From Acidobacteriota bacterium (GTDB lineage Bacteria > Acidobacteriota > Polarisedimenticolia > QHYA01), in NCBI GenBank assembly GCA_003223995.1, contig QHYA01000061.1, positions 2,259 to 66,258 of the forward strand: DNA of 64,000 bases. The letters are read 5' to 3'. Below the pieces are notes generated by a model. That model was not told where the DNA came from, made no database searches, and saw only the letters and a program-made list of their open reading frames with translations. Within the stretch, counting starts at the first letter, position 1, and every line of letters starts with the position of its first letter. This document shows positions 48,370 to 56,894 of this stretch, one piece after another. A program made the position numbers and the translations under genes.

Positions 48370-49085
48370 CCCCCTTCGCCCCCTGGGGTCTCGCCGCCAT
48401 CCTCGTCCTCGTCCGTCTCTTCCTCCACCTCTTCCTCCTCCTCGATCTCTTCTTCCGGCAGTCCGAACTTCGCCATCGAAAGCCTTTCCCGGAGGACTCC
48501 GACGGCGGCGGGCACGTCCGGCTCGGAGAGTATGCCCCTGATGAGCGCCACTCCAGCGATCGGCAATCCCGACAGCAGAGGAGCCGTGTCTCGATCGATC
48601 CCTCCGATCGCGTACATGGGGACCTTCAGCTCCTTCGCCGCTTCCGCCAGGAGCTCCACGCCAAGAGGAGAGCCGAACTCCCGCTTTCCGGGAGTCGAGA
48701 AGATCGGCCCGAAGAAAATGTAGTCGGCTCGCGCCGTTTCCGCCGATCGGGCCTCTTCCAGGGAGTGGGTCGACACGCCGATCTCCAGCCTGTTTCCCGC
48801 AGCTGCGCGCGCCTGATCCACGAGCACTCCATCGGCGGGAAGATGCAGCCCGTCGGCCCCACAGGCCAGAGCAATGTCGAGACGGCGGTTGATGTAGATC
48901 CGGCACCCGTGCGGGCGGCACGCCTCGACTGTTGCGCAGGCGAGGTGGTAGAGGTCGCGGTCTTGCAGGTCCTTCTCGCGCAACTGGATCCGATCGACAC
49001 CGGCGGCGGCGGCTTCTGCGAGCAGCTCCACGATCGGCTGGTCCGGCCGGATCCGCCGATCGCTGACAAGGAAGATGCGAAGCAT
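48354..49085 (-). CDS. thiE: Thiamine phosphate synthase (ThiE/TenI family) with acidic C-terminal tail
   Basis: IQLREKD, ADGLHLP, GVSTHS, FGPIFSTPGK and YAIGGI. Confidence 0.8.
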   Translation of the reverse strand: MLRIFLVSDRRIRPDQPIVELLAEAAAAGVDRIQLREKDLQDRDLYHLACATVEACRPHGCRIYINRRLDIALACGADGLHLPADGVLVDQARAAAGNRLEIGVSTHSLEEARSAETARADYIFFGPIFSTPGKREFGSPLGVELLAEAAKELKVPMYAIGGIDRDTAPLLSGLPIAGVALIRGILSEPDVPAAVGVLRERLSMAKFGLPEEEIEEEEEVEEETDEDEDGGETPGGEGGWGIG

Positions 49086-49324
49086 CAATCTCCTTTTCCT
49101 CCGACCGCCTGAGACAGAGAGTCCCGCACGCCGGTCGCGATGTAAAGCGCGCCGATGCCGGACAGCGCCCCTCGCGCCCAGCGGGACAGCAGCACCCCGG
49201 CGAGCGGACCCGAGCTGTGGATGAAGTAGTTGCGGCTCCAGAGAGGAGTCCACGGAGCCAGAAGAAGGAACAGACCGATGCCGAAGAAGTAGTAGCCGAG
49301 CGCCAGCCTGGCCAGCTTGTCCAT
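49085..49324 (-). CDS. Small membrane protein (two TM)
   Basis: GLFLLLAPWTPLWSRNYF...RGALSGIG; TGATG coupling to thiE. Confidence 0.75.
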   Translation of the reverse strand: MDKLARLALGYYFFGIGLFLLLAPWTPLWSRNYFIHSSGPLAGVLLSRWARGALSGIGALYIATGVRDSLSQAVGGKGD

Positions 49325-49413
49325 GCCCCGTCCCGGGCCATCTTACACCCTGCACGTCGACGCCCATCGGACCCTTTGCTACGATTCCCTTGTTACGACT
49401 CCCTGGAACATCC

Positions 49414-50426
49414 ATGCTCAGGATCCCTACGGTCGATTTGAAAGCGCAGTACGAAACGATTCGCGGGGAGGTCCTTTCCGCAATTTCGGAGGTCCTCGAC
49501 TCGCAACGCTTCATCCTGGGCCCGAAGGTGGATCAACTCGAGCGCGAGATCGCCGCGCTGTGCCGAACGAGGCACGCGATAGGATGCGCTTCCGGATCCG
49601 ACGCCCTGATCCTCGCGCTCGCGGCCCGCGATGTGCGAGACGGCGCGAAGGTCATCACTTCCCCCTTCAGCTTCTTCGCCTCGGCCGGTAGTGTCGTTCA
49701 TGCCGGAGGGCGTCCGGAATTCTGCGACATCGATCCCCGAAGCTTCACTCTCGACCCTGCTCAGCTCGCCTCCAGGCTTTCGTCTGACGTGAAAGCGGTG
49801 GTCCCCGTACACCTCTTCGGTCTGTGCGCCGACATGGATCCGATCCTGGATCTCTGCGCTTCCCGAGGCATCGTCGTGATCGAGGACGCGGCCCAGGCCA
49901 TCGGAGCGAGCTATCGCGGCAGCGACGGAGCCGGGCCGGAGCGAATGGCCGGGGAAATGGGGGTATCCGGCTGCTTTTCCTTCTTCCCTACGAAGAACCT
50001 GGGCGGCTTCGGCGACGGCGGGATGATCACGACCTCCGACGACGGGCTGGCGGACCGCCTGCGGCTGCTTCGGGTGCACGGGGGGCGAAGAACGTACCAT
50101 CACGAGCGGAAGGATTCGTTGCTCCTCCGGAGCGCCGGGCCGGATCGCAGCACGTCTTCCATCACTACACGATCCGTGCCGACCGGAGGGACACCCTTCG
50201 CGAGCATCTCCAAGCGCAGGGCATCGGCACGGGCGTCTATTACCCGGTGCCTCTCCACCTGCAGGAATGCTTCCGCGGCCTGGGCCACGCGAGAGGAGAT
50301 TTCCCCGAGGCGGAGCGGGCGGCACGGGAAGTTCTGTCTTTGCCGATCTACCCTGAGCTGACCAACCAGGCTCAACGGGCGGTGGTGAAGGAGATAGCCG
50401 CTTTCTACGGCGTGTCCCCGGGCTAG
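49414..50426 (+). pseudogene. DegT/DnrJ family sugar aminotransferase broken by an internal deletion/frameshift near 50110
   Basis: [40 protein letters not shown] to RTYHHE in one frame; HVFHHYTIR...[10 protein letters not shown]...LSLPIYPEL in another; NSRLD segment absent. Confidence 0.85.
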
Positions 50427-50484
50427 TCCGGGGCCAGCCCACCCCGCAACGGGAAAAGGCGACCGAAGGGCGGTTCCTATCAAC

Positions 50485-51807
50485 GTGACCCCCGAGACGA
50501 GGTTTGCGGGCGCTGGAGGGCCCGCGCTGCGGGTCCTGCAGTTGAACTTCCACTACGGCTGGGGAGGACAGCCGCAGTATATCCTCACCCTCGCTCGCGA
50601 GATGCTCCTCCGAGGCCACCAGCCGGCTATTGCGGCCCCGGCGACCAGCGTCCTCGCCCAGCGCGCACGCCAGGCCGGCATCGAGGTCTTCGGAAGGATG
50701 GCATTCCGCTCTCCGACCAGGCCCGTCTCATTCATTCGGGACGTGCGCGAGCTGAGGGCTGTGCTGAGGAGCTTCCGGCCGGACATCCTGCACAGTCACG
50801 GCTCGCAGGACACCTGGGTCGTTGTGGCGGCGAACCGCTGGCTGGGAGGGCCGCGGCTGCCTCATGTCCGTACCCGGCACAATACGAAGCGCGTCGCCGA
50901 CAGCGCCGCCAACCGCTATCTTTACGGCCGCGCGGTCGACATGCTGATCGTCGTCAGCGCATCCGTCCTGGACCGTTACCGCCCCTTCATCGACCGAGGG
51001 CTCCTCGACCCCTCCGGTGTGCCGGTCATCCACGCCCCGGTCGATCTCGAGAAGCTCGGTCGAGGGACCGACCCTGCTCGCGTCCGCAAGGAGCTGGGGC
51101 TGTCGGACGCGGATCGGCTTGTCGGCTGCGTCGGCAGGCTCGTCAGGGACAAGGGGCAAGCCCATCTGCTCGCAGCGGCGGCCCTGCTGCGGGAGCGCCA
51201 CCCGCGGGCTTTCTACGTGCTCGTGGGGGTCGGGACGGAGGAGAGGAATCTCCGCCGACTCGTGGATCAGCTCGGCCTCGCCGACCGGGTTTTCTTCCTT
51301 GGGTTCCGCGAGGACATCGCCGACATCACCGCCGCCCTCGATGTGTCGGTCCTCCCCTCGGTGGGTTGCGATGCGTCCTCCACCGTGATCAAGGAGGCCA
51401 TGGCGCTGGAAAGGCCGGTCGTGGCGACCGATATCGGCGGGGCGAGAGAAATCCTTTCTCCGGACAGAGCGGGACTCGTCGTTCCGCCGGCGGATGCGCA
51501 TGCCATGGCCGAGGCGCTCGATCGGATCCTCTCCGATCCGGATGCCTCGAGGAGACTTGGCGCCCAGGGGCGGCAGATCGTCGTGGAGGAGTTCACGCCG
51601 GGGCGGCAGTGCGACCTTTACGTGAAGGCCTACCGTTCTCTTTTGGAGAGGCGACCTCCGCAGCCAGGGTCTCGACACGGCTCAAGGAACTCTTCTTCTG
51701 GGTCTTCACCTGCTTGGGAGGGCTCTCCACCCGCTTCCAGCGGTCAACGGTGCGCCGGATCTTATCCTTTGCCTGAACCTCGATCTGGCGGACCCGCTCG
51801 CGGCTGA
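50485..51807 (+). CDS. GT4 family glycosyltransferase (3' end runs into the convergent sigma gene)
   Basis: WGGQ, VGRLVRDKGQ, FLGFREDI and EAMALERPVVATDIGG. Confidence 0.9.
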   Translation: MTPETRFAGAGGPALRVLQLNFHYGWGGQPQYILTLAREMLLRGHQPAIAAPATSVLAQRARQAGIEVFGRMAFRSPTRPVSFIRDVRELRAVLRSFRPDILHSHGSQDTWVVVAANRWLGGPRLPHVRTRHNTKRVADSAANRYLYGRAVDMLIVVSASVLDRYRPFIDRGLLDPSGVPVIHAPVDLEKLGRGTDPARVRKELGLSDADRLVGCVGRLVRDKGQAHLLAAAALLRERHPRAFYVLVGVGTEERNLRRLVDQLGLADRVFFLGFREDIADITAALDVSVLPSVGCDASSTVIKEAMALERPVVATDIGGAREILSPDRAGLVVPPADAHAMAEALDRILSDPDASRRLGAQGRQIVVEEFTPGRQCDLYVKAYRSLLERRPPQPGSRHGSRNSSSGSSPAWEGSPPASSGQRCAGSYPLPEPRSGGPARG

Positions 51808-52540
51808 TTCCCATCCTCTGGCCGATCTCGTTGAGCGTCATCGGGTGGAACCCCGACAGCCCGTAGCGCTCGCGGATGACCCGGCGCTCCTTCTCCGTCA
51901 GCCCTTCGAGGGCTTTGCGGATGAGGCCCGTGTCCTCGTCCCGTAAGAGCTGCCCCTCCGGACAGACCGCCCCCACATCCGCGATCACGTCCCGCACCAC
52001 GCGCTCGGCGTCCGGCGCGCAGGGGTCGTCGAGAGAGATCTCTCTGGGATTGGTGTCGAGAAGGTGGTCAAGATGGGCGACGGCGCCCGCAAGGTGTCCT
52101 GCAATTTCCTCCCTGTTGGGGGCGCGGCCGAGCGAGCCGCGCAGCGATTGCTCGGCATCACGCACCTGCCGCATCTTCTTGCGGCGGTAGGTCGGCACGC
52201 GCACGACGCTCGAGTGGTCCGCGATCGACTTCAGGATCGCCTTACGGATCCACCAGACGGCGTAGGTGATGAAGCGCACGCCGCGCCCCGGGTCATAGCG
52301 ATGGGCCGCCTCGATCAGCCCCAGGTTCCCTTCGTTGATCAGGTCCTCGAAGGGGATACCCAGTCCCCGGTACTCCGCAGCAATCGTGACAACGAAGCCC
52401 AGGTTGCATTCGACAAGATCGTTCGGCGTCTTGCCGCCCTGCCGGCGCTTGATCCTTCGCGCGAGCACGACTTCGTCTTCCCGCGAGAGCGGAGGTCGTT
52501 CACGAATGTCCGCGAAGTACCTCGTCAGGGTTGGATCCAT
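51593..52540 (-). CDS. Alternative sigma70-family RNA polymerase sigma factor (RpoD/RpoS-like, no region 1.1)
   Basis: Region 1.2 LTRYFADI, region 2 DLINEGNLGLIEAAHRYDP...FITYAVWWIR, region 4 TLNEIGQRMGISRERVRQIE. Confidence 0.93.
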   Translation of the reverse strand: MDPTLTRYFADIRERPPLSREDEVVLARRIKRRQGGKTPNDLVECNLGFVVTIAAEYRGLGIPFEDLINEGNLGLIEAAHRYDPGRGVRFITYAVWWIRKAILKSIADHSSVVRVPTYRRKKMRQVRDAEQSLRGSLGRAPNREEIAGHLAGAVAHLDHLLDTNPREISLDDPCAPDAERVVRDVIADVGAVCPEGQLLRDEDTGLIRKALEGLTEKERRVIRERYGLSGFHPMTLNEIGQRMGISRERVRQIEVQAKDKIRRTVDRWKRVESPPKQVKTQKKSSLSRVETLAAEVASPKENGRPSRKGRTAAPA

Positions 52541-53030
52541 CGGGCGCTGCCCTTTCGGTTATCTTCCCGGGGGGGCCGGGGGGTGGAAGACATCCCGTCG
52601 GGACATCACGAGGTTCCCGCATCGTGAGACACGGCGAGCACAAGCAGGAGAGAATAGCTGGCTGCGAGCGAAATTGGGAGAGCGGAGCGCTACATGGGCC
52701 GAGAAGAAGGCCCTCTGGATCAGTTGCGTCCACTCCCCCCTCCCAGAAAGGGGTCCACGGGGCAATGCTCGGGCTCCGAGAATCGGTTCCGGGCAGGAAC
52801 CCGAACTGCCAAGATTCTGATGAACGTTTCATGTTATGCGAAAAACACATCCGAACGCAAGTGGAACGCACCACAAACCAACACTCCTTTCGGCGTCCTG
52901 AGCGGTGACCTGCTTCAGGGGACCGTTCTTCCGAGGGCCTTGCGGTGGAGCCGGTAGATTTCCCACCGGCTCCTGCCATCCCGCCTGTCTCTGTCAGCGT
53001 CTGGTCGCTTGTCGCGTGTCGATCATCCAA

Positions 53031-53046
53031 AGCAAGAGAGATACCC
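53031..53046 (-). promoter_or_regulatory. Possible sigma54 promoter far upstream of the sigma factor gene
   Basis: Minus strand GGGTATCTCTCTTGCT (GG-N10-GC), adjacent AT-rich tract 53060-53097, palindrome TCTGT-TGAG-ACAGA at 53176-53189. Confidence 0.4.
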
Positions 53047-53210
53047 TTTTCAGGATCGGAATGACAATTTAGTAACTTCTAAGAAACATTGGGCTTATCC
53101 ATGCCTTTCGGCTACCTATGGAGGAGAGTGTCAGCCGATCCGACCAGAATCGGGCCCCGCTGACCTTTCGGGAAGTCTGTTGAGACAGAATCGCCCTGCC
53201 TGTGACTTGC

Positions 53211-53759
53211 TCAGCCGCCAAGGAGTTCGCTCCACTTGAAAACCGGATGAAAGGGGACCCCGGCGAGCGCTTTGGCCCCCCCTTCCTCCCTGTCCACCAC
53301 GCAGATGGCCCCACAGACTGTCCCGCCCGCATCCATGACGGCTCGGATCGCCTCCAGCGTGGAGCCGCCGGTGGTGACGACGTCATCGACCACGACCGCC
53401 CTCTTTCCTCCGACCGGGCATCCTTCGATGCGCTGGCGCGTGCCGTGCGCTTTCTGTTCCCTCCTGACGAGGAACCCAGGAAGTGGTCGGCCCTGCTGGA
53501 AGCTGAGGGCGGCTACCGCGGCGACGATCGGGTCTGCGCCCAGCGTGAGACCTCCGATGGCCTGGGCATCAAGTTGCCTCTCTTCGAGAAGATCGAGCAC
53601 GATTCTCGCGACCAGCCACGCCCCCTCCGGGTGCAGCGTGGTCCGCCGGCAGTCGAGGTAATAACCGGATGTCCGCCCGCTCGAAAGCGTGAACTCGCCG
53701 CGCTGGAGAGACAGCGCGATGAGAAGCCCTTTCAGCCTTTCTCTTTCGGTTTCAGACAC
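53211..53759 (-). CDS. pyrE: Orotate phosphoribosyltransferase
   Basis: GEFTLSSGRTSGYYLDCR, GGLTLGADP, KAHGT and VVDDVVTTGGS. Confidence 0.95.
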   Translation of the reverse strand: MSETERERLKGLLIALSLQRGEFTLSSGRTSGYYLDCRRTTLHPEGAWLVARIVLDLLEERQLDAQAIGGLTLGADPIVAAVAALSFQQGRPLPGFLVRREQKAHGTRQRIEGCPVGGKRAVVVDDVVTTGGSTLEAIRAVMDAGGTVCGAICVVDREEGGAKALAGVPFHPVFKWSELLGG

Positions 53760-53836
53760 GAATTGAGACCATATTGTCGATGAGCCATGATAGAGCACTT
53801 CCCCTGCGAAATGCGTGTGGGGTAAATTTCCCTATC

Positions 53837-54847
53837 ATGAGGACGGGGCTATCGGGGAAAGCGGATTGGAAGCTCCCGCGAAAGCTGCTCGTCGCCTTCG
53901 CGACCGCTGCCGCCTTCCAGATCTCTCTCTGCTCCTATTCCGGCACGGCCGCGACGGCCGAAGAGGCGGAAAAGCCGGCGCACCCGCAACAGGAACCGCC
54001 CCACGCTGGAGAAGAGGAACCGTCCGCAGGGGCGCACGAGGGCGAGACGACCCTCATGACGGCGCGCGCGGCCGGCAAGGCTGCGGCAGGGGTCGTCATC
54101 GGCCTGCAGGACCTGCTGGAGATCAAGGTCTTCCAGCTCGACCAGCTCAACCAGACCCTCAGGGTGGCGGACGACGGCTCGATCACCCTTTCCCTGCTGG
54201 GTAGGATAATGGTTGCGGGTCTGACGTGCGAGCAGGCCGAGCGGCGCATCGCCGGGCTCCTCGAAGCGCGGTACATCAACGATCCCCAGGTCAGCGTCTT
54301 CGTACGAGAGTACGAGAGCCGGAAGGTGGCGGTGACAGGTGCTGTCCAAAGGCCAGGCGCCTACGAGATGTTGGGAGAGAAAACGGTGCTGGAGATGATC
54401 GCCCTCGCCGGCGGGGTGACCAGGGACGCAGCCAAGCAAGTCTTCGTCATCCGCCGGCAGCCCGGCGACGCTCCGCGGAGCATTGCCCTGAAACTCGACG
54501 AGCTGATCTACACTGGAGATCCCGCGGTCAACATCCCACTGCAGCCCGGCGACATCGTCTATCTCCCGGCCGAGGCGCTCTTCAAGGTCTACGTCAACGG
54601 CGCGGTCGGCAAGCCCGGTGCCCTTGAGGTGAAGGAGTCGGAACAGATCACCGTCCTTCAAGCCGTCACGGCCGCGGCGGGAACGACCGAACGCGCTGCC
54701 GAGCGGCGCGTGCAGGTCATCCGACGCGGGAAAGACGGAAAGAAACAGATCATCCCGGTCGATCTGAAGAGGGTCAAGCAAGGCAGCGCCGAGGATATCC
54801 TCCTGGTCAAAGACGACGTCGTCTTCGTCCCGGAAGCGTTTTTCTAG
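53837..54847 (+). CDS. Polysaccharide export (OPX/Wza-like) protein with Poly_export and SLBB domains
   Basis: IGLQDLLEIKVF...VADDGSITLSLLG...YINDPQVSV, VTGAVQRPG, LQPGDIVYLP, ends DDVVFVPEAFF. Confidence 0.9.
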   Translation: MRTGLSGKADWKLPRKLLVAFATAAAFQISLCSYSGTAATAEEAEKPAHPQQEPPHAGEEEPSAGAHEGETTLMTARAAGKAAAGVVIGLQDLLEIKVFQLDQLNQTLRVADDGSITLSLLGRIMVAGLTCEQAERRIAGLLEARYINDPQVSVFVREYESRKVAVTGAVQRPGAYEMLGEKTVLEMIALAGGVTRDAAKQVFVIRRQPGDAPRSIALKLDELIYTGDPAVNIPLQPGDIVYLPAEALFKVYVNGAVGKPGALEVKESEQITVLQAVTAAAGTTERAAERRVQVIRRGKDGKKQIIPVDLKRVKQGSAEDILLVKDDVVFVPEAFF

Positions 54848-54881
54848 TCGTCCCAGTCTGGGAACCACGGGCAGATTTTCT

Positions 54882-54909
54882 TTGACAAGAGGTGTCCATC
54901 GTGTATCTT
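54882..54909 (+). promoter_or_regulatory. sigma70-type promoter inside the polysaccharide locus
   Basis: TTGACA-16 nt-TATCTT upstream of ATG 54943. Confidence 0.5.
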
Positions 54910-54942
54910 ATGTGTCCTCTCACCTGAGCCGCGGGGGCAAGA

Positions 54943-55581
54943 ATGCGCAGCCACGGATGCCTGCAACCCTTTCTCGCCTGCCTCGTCATTGCCGTAATGG
55001 CCTTCCCGTCGGCTCTGCTCGCCGGTGCGCAGGGTGCGAGCGGTCCACCCGCCGGCGCGAGCATCGAGGGAACAGTGCTGGCTGCGAGCCACGCCGGCAG
55101 CCCCGCGCCCGCGAGGCCCGTTGCAGGAGCCGTCGTCAAGGCGGTCGATATTGCCAGTGGGGGGGCCTACGAGAGCGCCAGCACGAACGAAAGCGGCGCC
55201 TATCGCCTCTCACAGCTCTCCCCTGGAAGCTATGCTTTTTCCATACAGGCCCCCAGCGGGCTCTACCTCTCCGATGGGATCATCGGCGTAGAGGCCGGCC
55301 GGGACCTGCGGCTGTCCTTCGCGCTCGAGGACAAGCCCGCAGCCCCTGCCGGCGCGAGCGAGGCGGATCGCGACAAGCAACAGCCCCCTCCACAAGGGGA
55401 ACCGGGAGAGGCGGAGGGCAAGGGCGGCGAGCAGGGGAAGAAGGGGAACTTCTGGTCCACTCATCCGTGGCTCGCCGGCGCGGTAATCGCGGGCTCCGCG
55501 GTTGTGCTCGGCGTCCTCAGCGACCAGTTGACGAGCGAGGAGAAGCAGAAGGAAACGGTGGCTTCTCCCTCCTCTCCTTGA
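54943..55581 (+). CDS. Secreted carboxypeptidase-regulatory-like (transthyretin-fold) domain protein with C-terminal hydrophobic helix
   Basis: SIEGTV...PVAGAVV...STNESGAYRLSQLSPGSY; FWSTHPWLAGAVIAGSAVVLGVL; ends ASPSSP. Confidence 0.75.
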   Translation: MRSHGCLQPFLACLVIAVMAFPSALLAGAQGASGPPAGASIEGTVLAASHAGSPAPARPVAGAVVKAVDIASGGAYESASTNESGAYRLSQLSPGSYAFSIQAPSGLYLSDGIIGVEAGRDLRLSFALEDKPAAPAGASEADRDKQQPPPQGEPGEAEGKGGEQGKKGNFWSTHPWLAGAVIAGSAVVLGVLSDQLTSEEKQKETVASPSSP

Positions 55582-55594
55582 TGCGATCGAAGAC

Positions 55595-56866
55595 ATGCGG
55601 GCGGCGTACTTGCTTGCAGTCTTCGCCGTCCTCGCCGCTCTGACGCCCGCATTCGGGGCCGACGACCTCCCGCTCGACGGGCTTCCCGAACCTCTTGAAC
55701 GCTCCCGGGGAATCGGTCCTTTGCGGCTCGATCCGTCTTTCAAGTTGGAGGAGTTCGGATACGACAGCAACATCTTGCTCGCGCCTCCCGGAAAAGAACG
55801 AGGGGACATCGTCGGACGTTTCGCCCCCAGCTTGAGCGGCCAGGTGTTTCTTGGCCATCGCGGCCTGATCTCCTTCCAGGAGAAACCCGAGTATGTGAGC
55901 TTCGCCCGAACCTCCTTCCTGAACTACGCCAACAACTCCCTCGAAGGCCGCGCGGACATGATCCTCCATCGGACGTCGCTGGTTTTCGGCGGCCGCTGGC
56001 TCACTAACAAGGACCGCCCCAACAACGAGCTCGACATCCGTCCGCGTCAGCACGCAGCCGGGTTCTTCACGGGAGCCGGCTGGCGGACCTTCAGTCGGAC
56101 ATCGGTTTCCTTCACACTCTCCCAGCAGCAGCGCCGTTACAGGGCCAGGGAGAGCCCCGACATCGGGCTTTTCCTGGACCGCCACGAGAGCCGCGTCTCA
56201 GCACGCCTGAGCTACAGGATCTTCACGAGTACGAAGCTGTTCGTCGAGTACTCGCGGCTCCAGATCGAGTTCGATCGGTCCGCCGGACGCAACAGCCGCC
56301 AGGCGGAGGTGATGCCCGGGGTCGCGTTCGATCCCGAGTCGCGCTTGTCGGGCTCCATCAAGGCGGGCCCGGCGCGCTTCGACGCGATCAGCGGTGGAAA
56401 ACCTGATTTCCAGGGGATTCTGGGCCATGCCGAGGTGGCCTTTCGTGCTTCCGAGCTATGGAAAGCCCGGACGGAGTGGAGCCGCGAGGTTGTCTACTCG
56501 ACCTTCGGAGACAACCTCTTCTTCCTCGACAGCCGCACCAGCGCGACGGCGAGCCGGGCCCTTGGAGAGCGGATCGCTCTCGAGGCCGGCTGGGAGCGAA
56601 TCGGCGTTGCCTGGCCGGCCCCCTTCTGCACCGCGGCGCAGGTCGTCACCCCCTCCGCAGCCGAATGCGAGAGGCTGCGATCGCTCGGCGATCCCATCGT
56701 GGAGAAGCGGCGCGGGGATCAGATCCAGGGATACCTTCTTGGAACGCGGTTGCGCCTGGCCCGGCACGCCGAAGCGATCCTGCGGGTCGGCTACCATCGC
56801 CGAACATCGAACTTTCCGGGCGAGGGGAACAGGCAATGGACCTTCACGACAGGGGCCGGGTTTTGA
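55595..56866 (+). CDS. Outer-membrane beta-barrel associated with polysaccharide export
   Basis: Signal peptide, GYDSNI motif, alternating strands, terminal Phe; lies between OPX and Wzc. Confidence 0.8.
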   Translation: MRAAYLLAVFAVLAALTPAFGADDLPLDGLPEPLERSRGIGPLRLDPSFKLEEFGYDSNILLAPPGKERGDIVGRFAPSLSGQVFLGHRGLISFQEKPEYVSFARTSFLNYANNSLEGRADMILHRTSLVFGGRWLTNKDRPNNELDIRPRQHAAGFFTGAGWRTFSRTSVSFTLSQQQRRYRARESPDIGLFLDRHESRVSARLSYRIFTSTKLFVEYSRLQIEFDRSAGRNSRQAEVMPGVAFDPESRLSGSIKAGPARFDAISGGKPDFQGILGHAEVAFRASELWKARTEWSREVVYSTFGDNLFFLDSRTSATASRALGERIALEAGWERIGVAWPAPFCTAAQVVTPSAAECERLRSLGDPIVEKRRGDQIQGYLLGTRLRLARHAEAILRVGYHRRTSNFPGEGNRQWTFTTGAGF

Positions 56867-56894
56867 TCGACAGCGGTCTGGTGCGGGGTCCGTC

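Noticed and set aside
52817..52850. CTGATGA...GAAA resembling a hammerhead ribozyme core (also CTGATGA near 20114 and 27846)
   Set aside because: Stems I-III and the cleavage-site UH cannot be formed convincingly.
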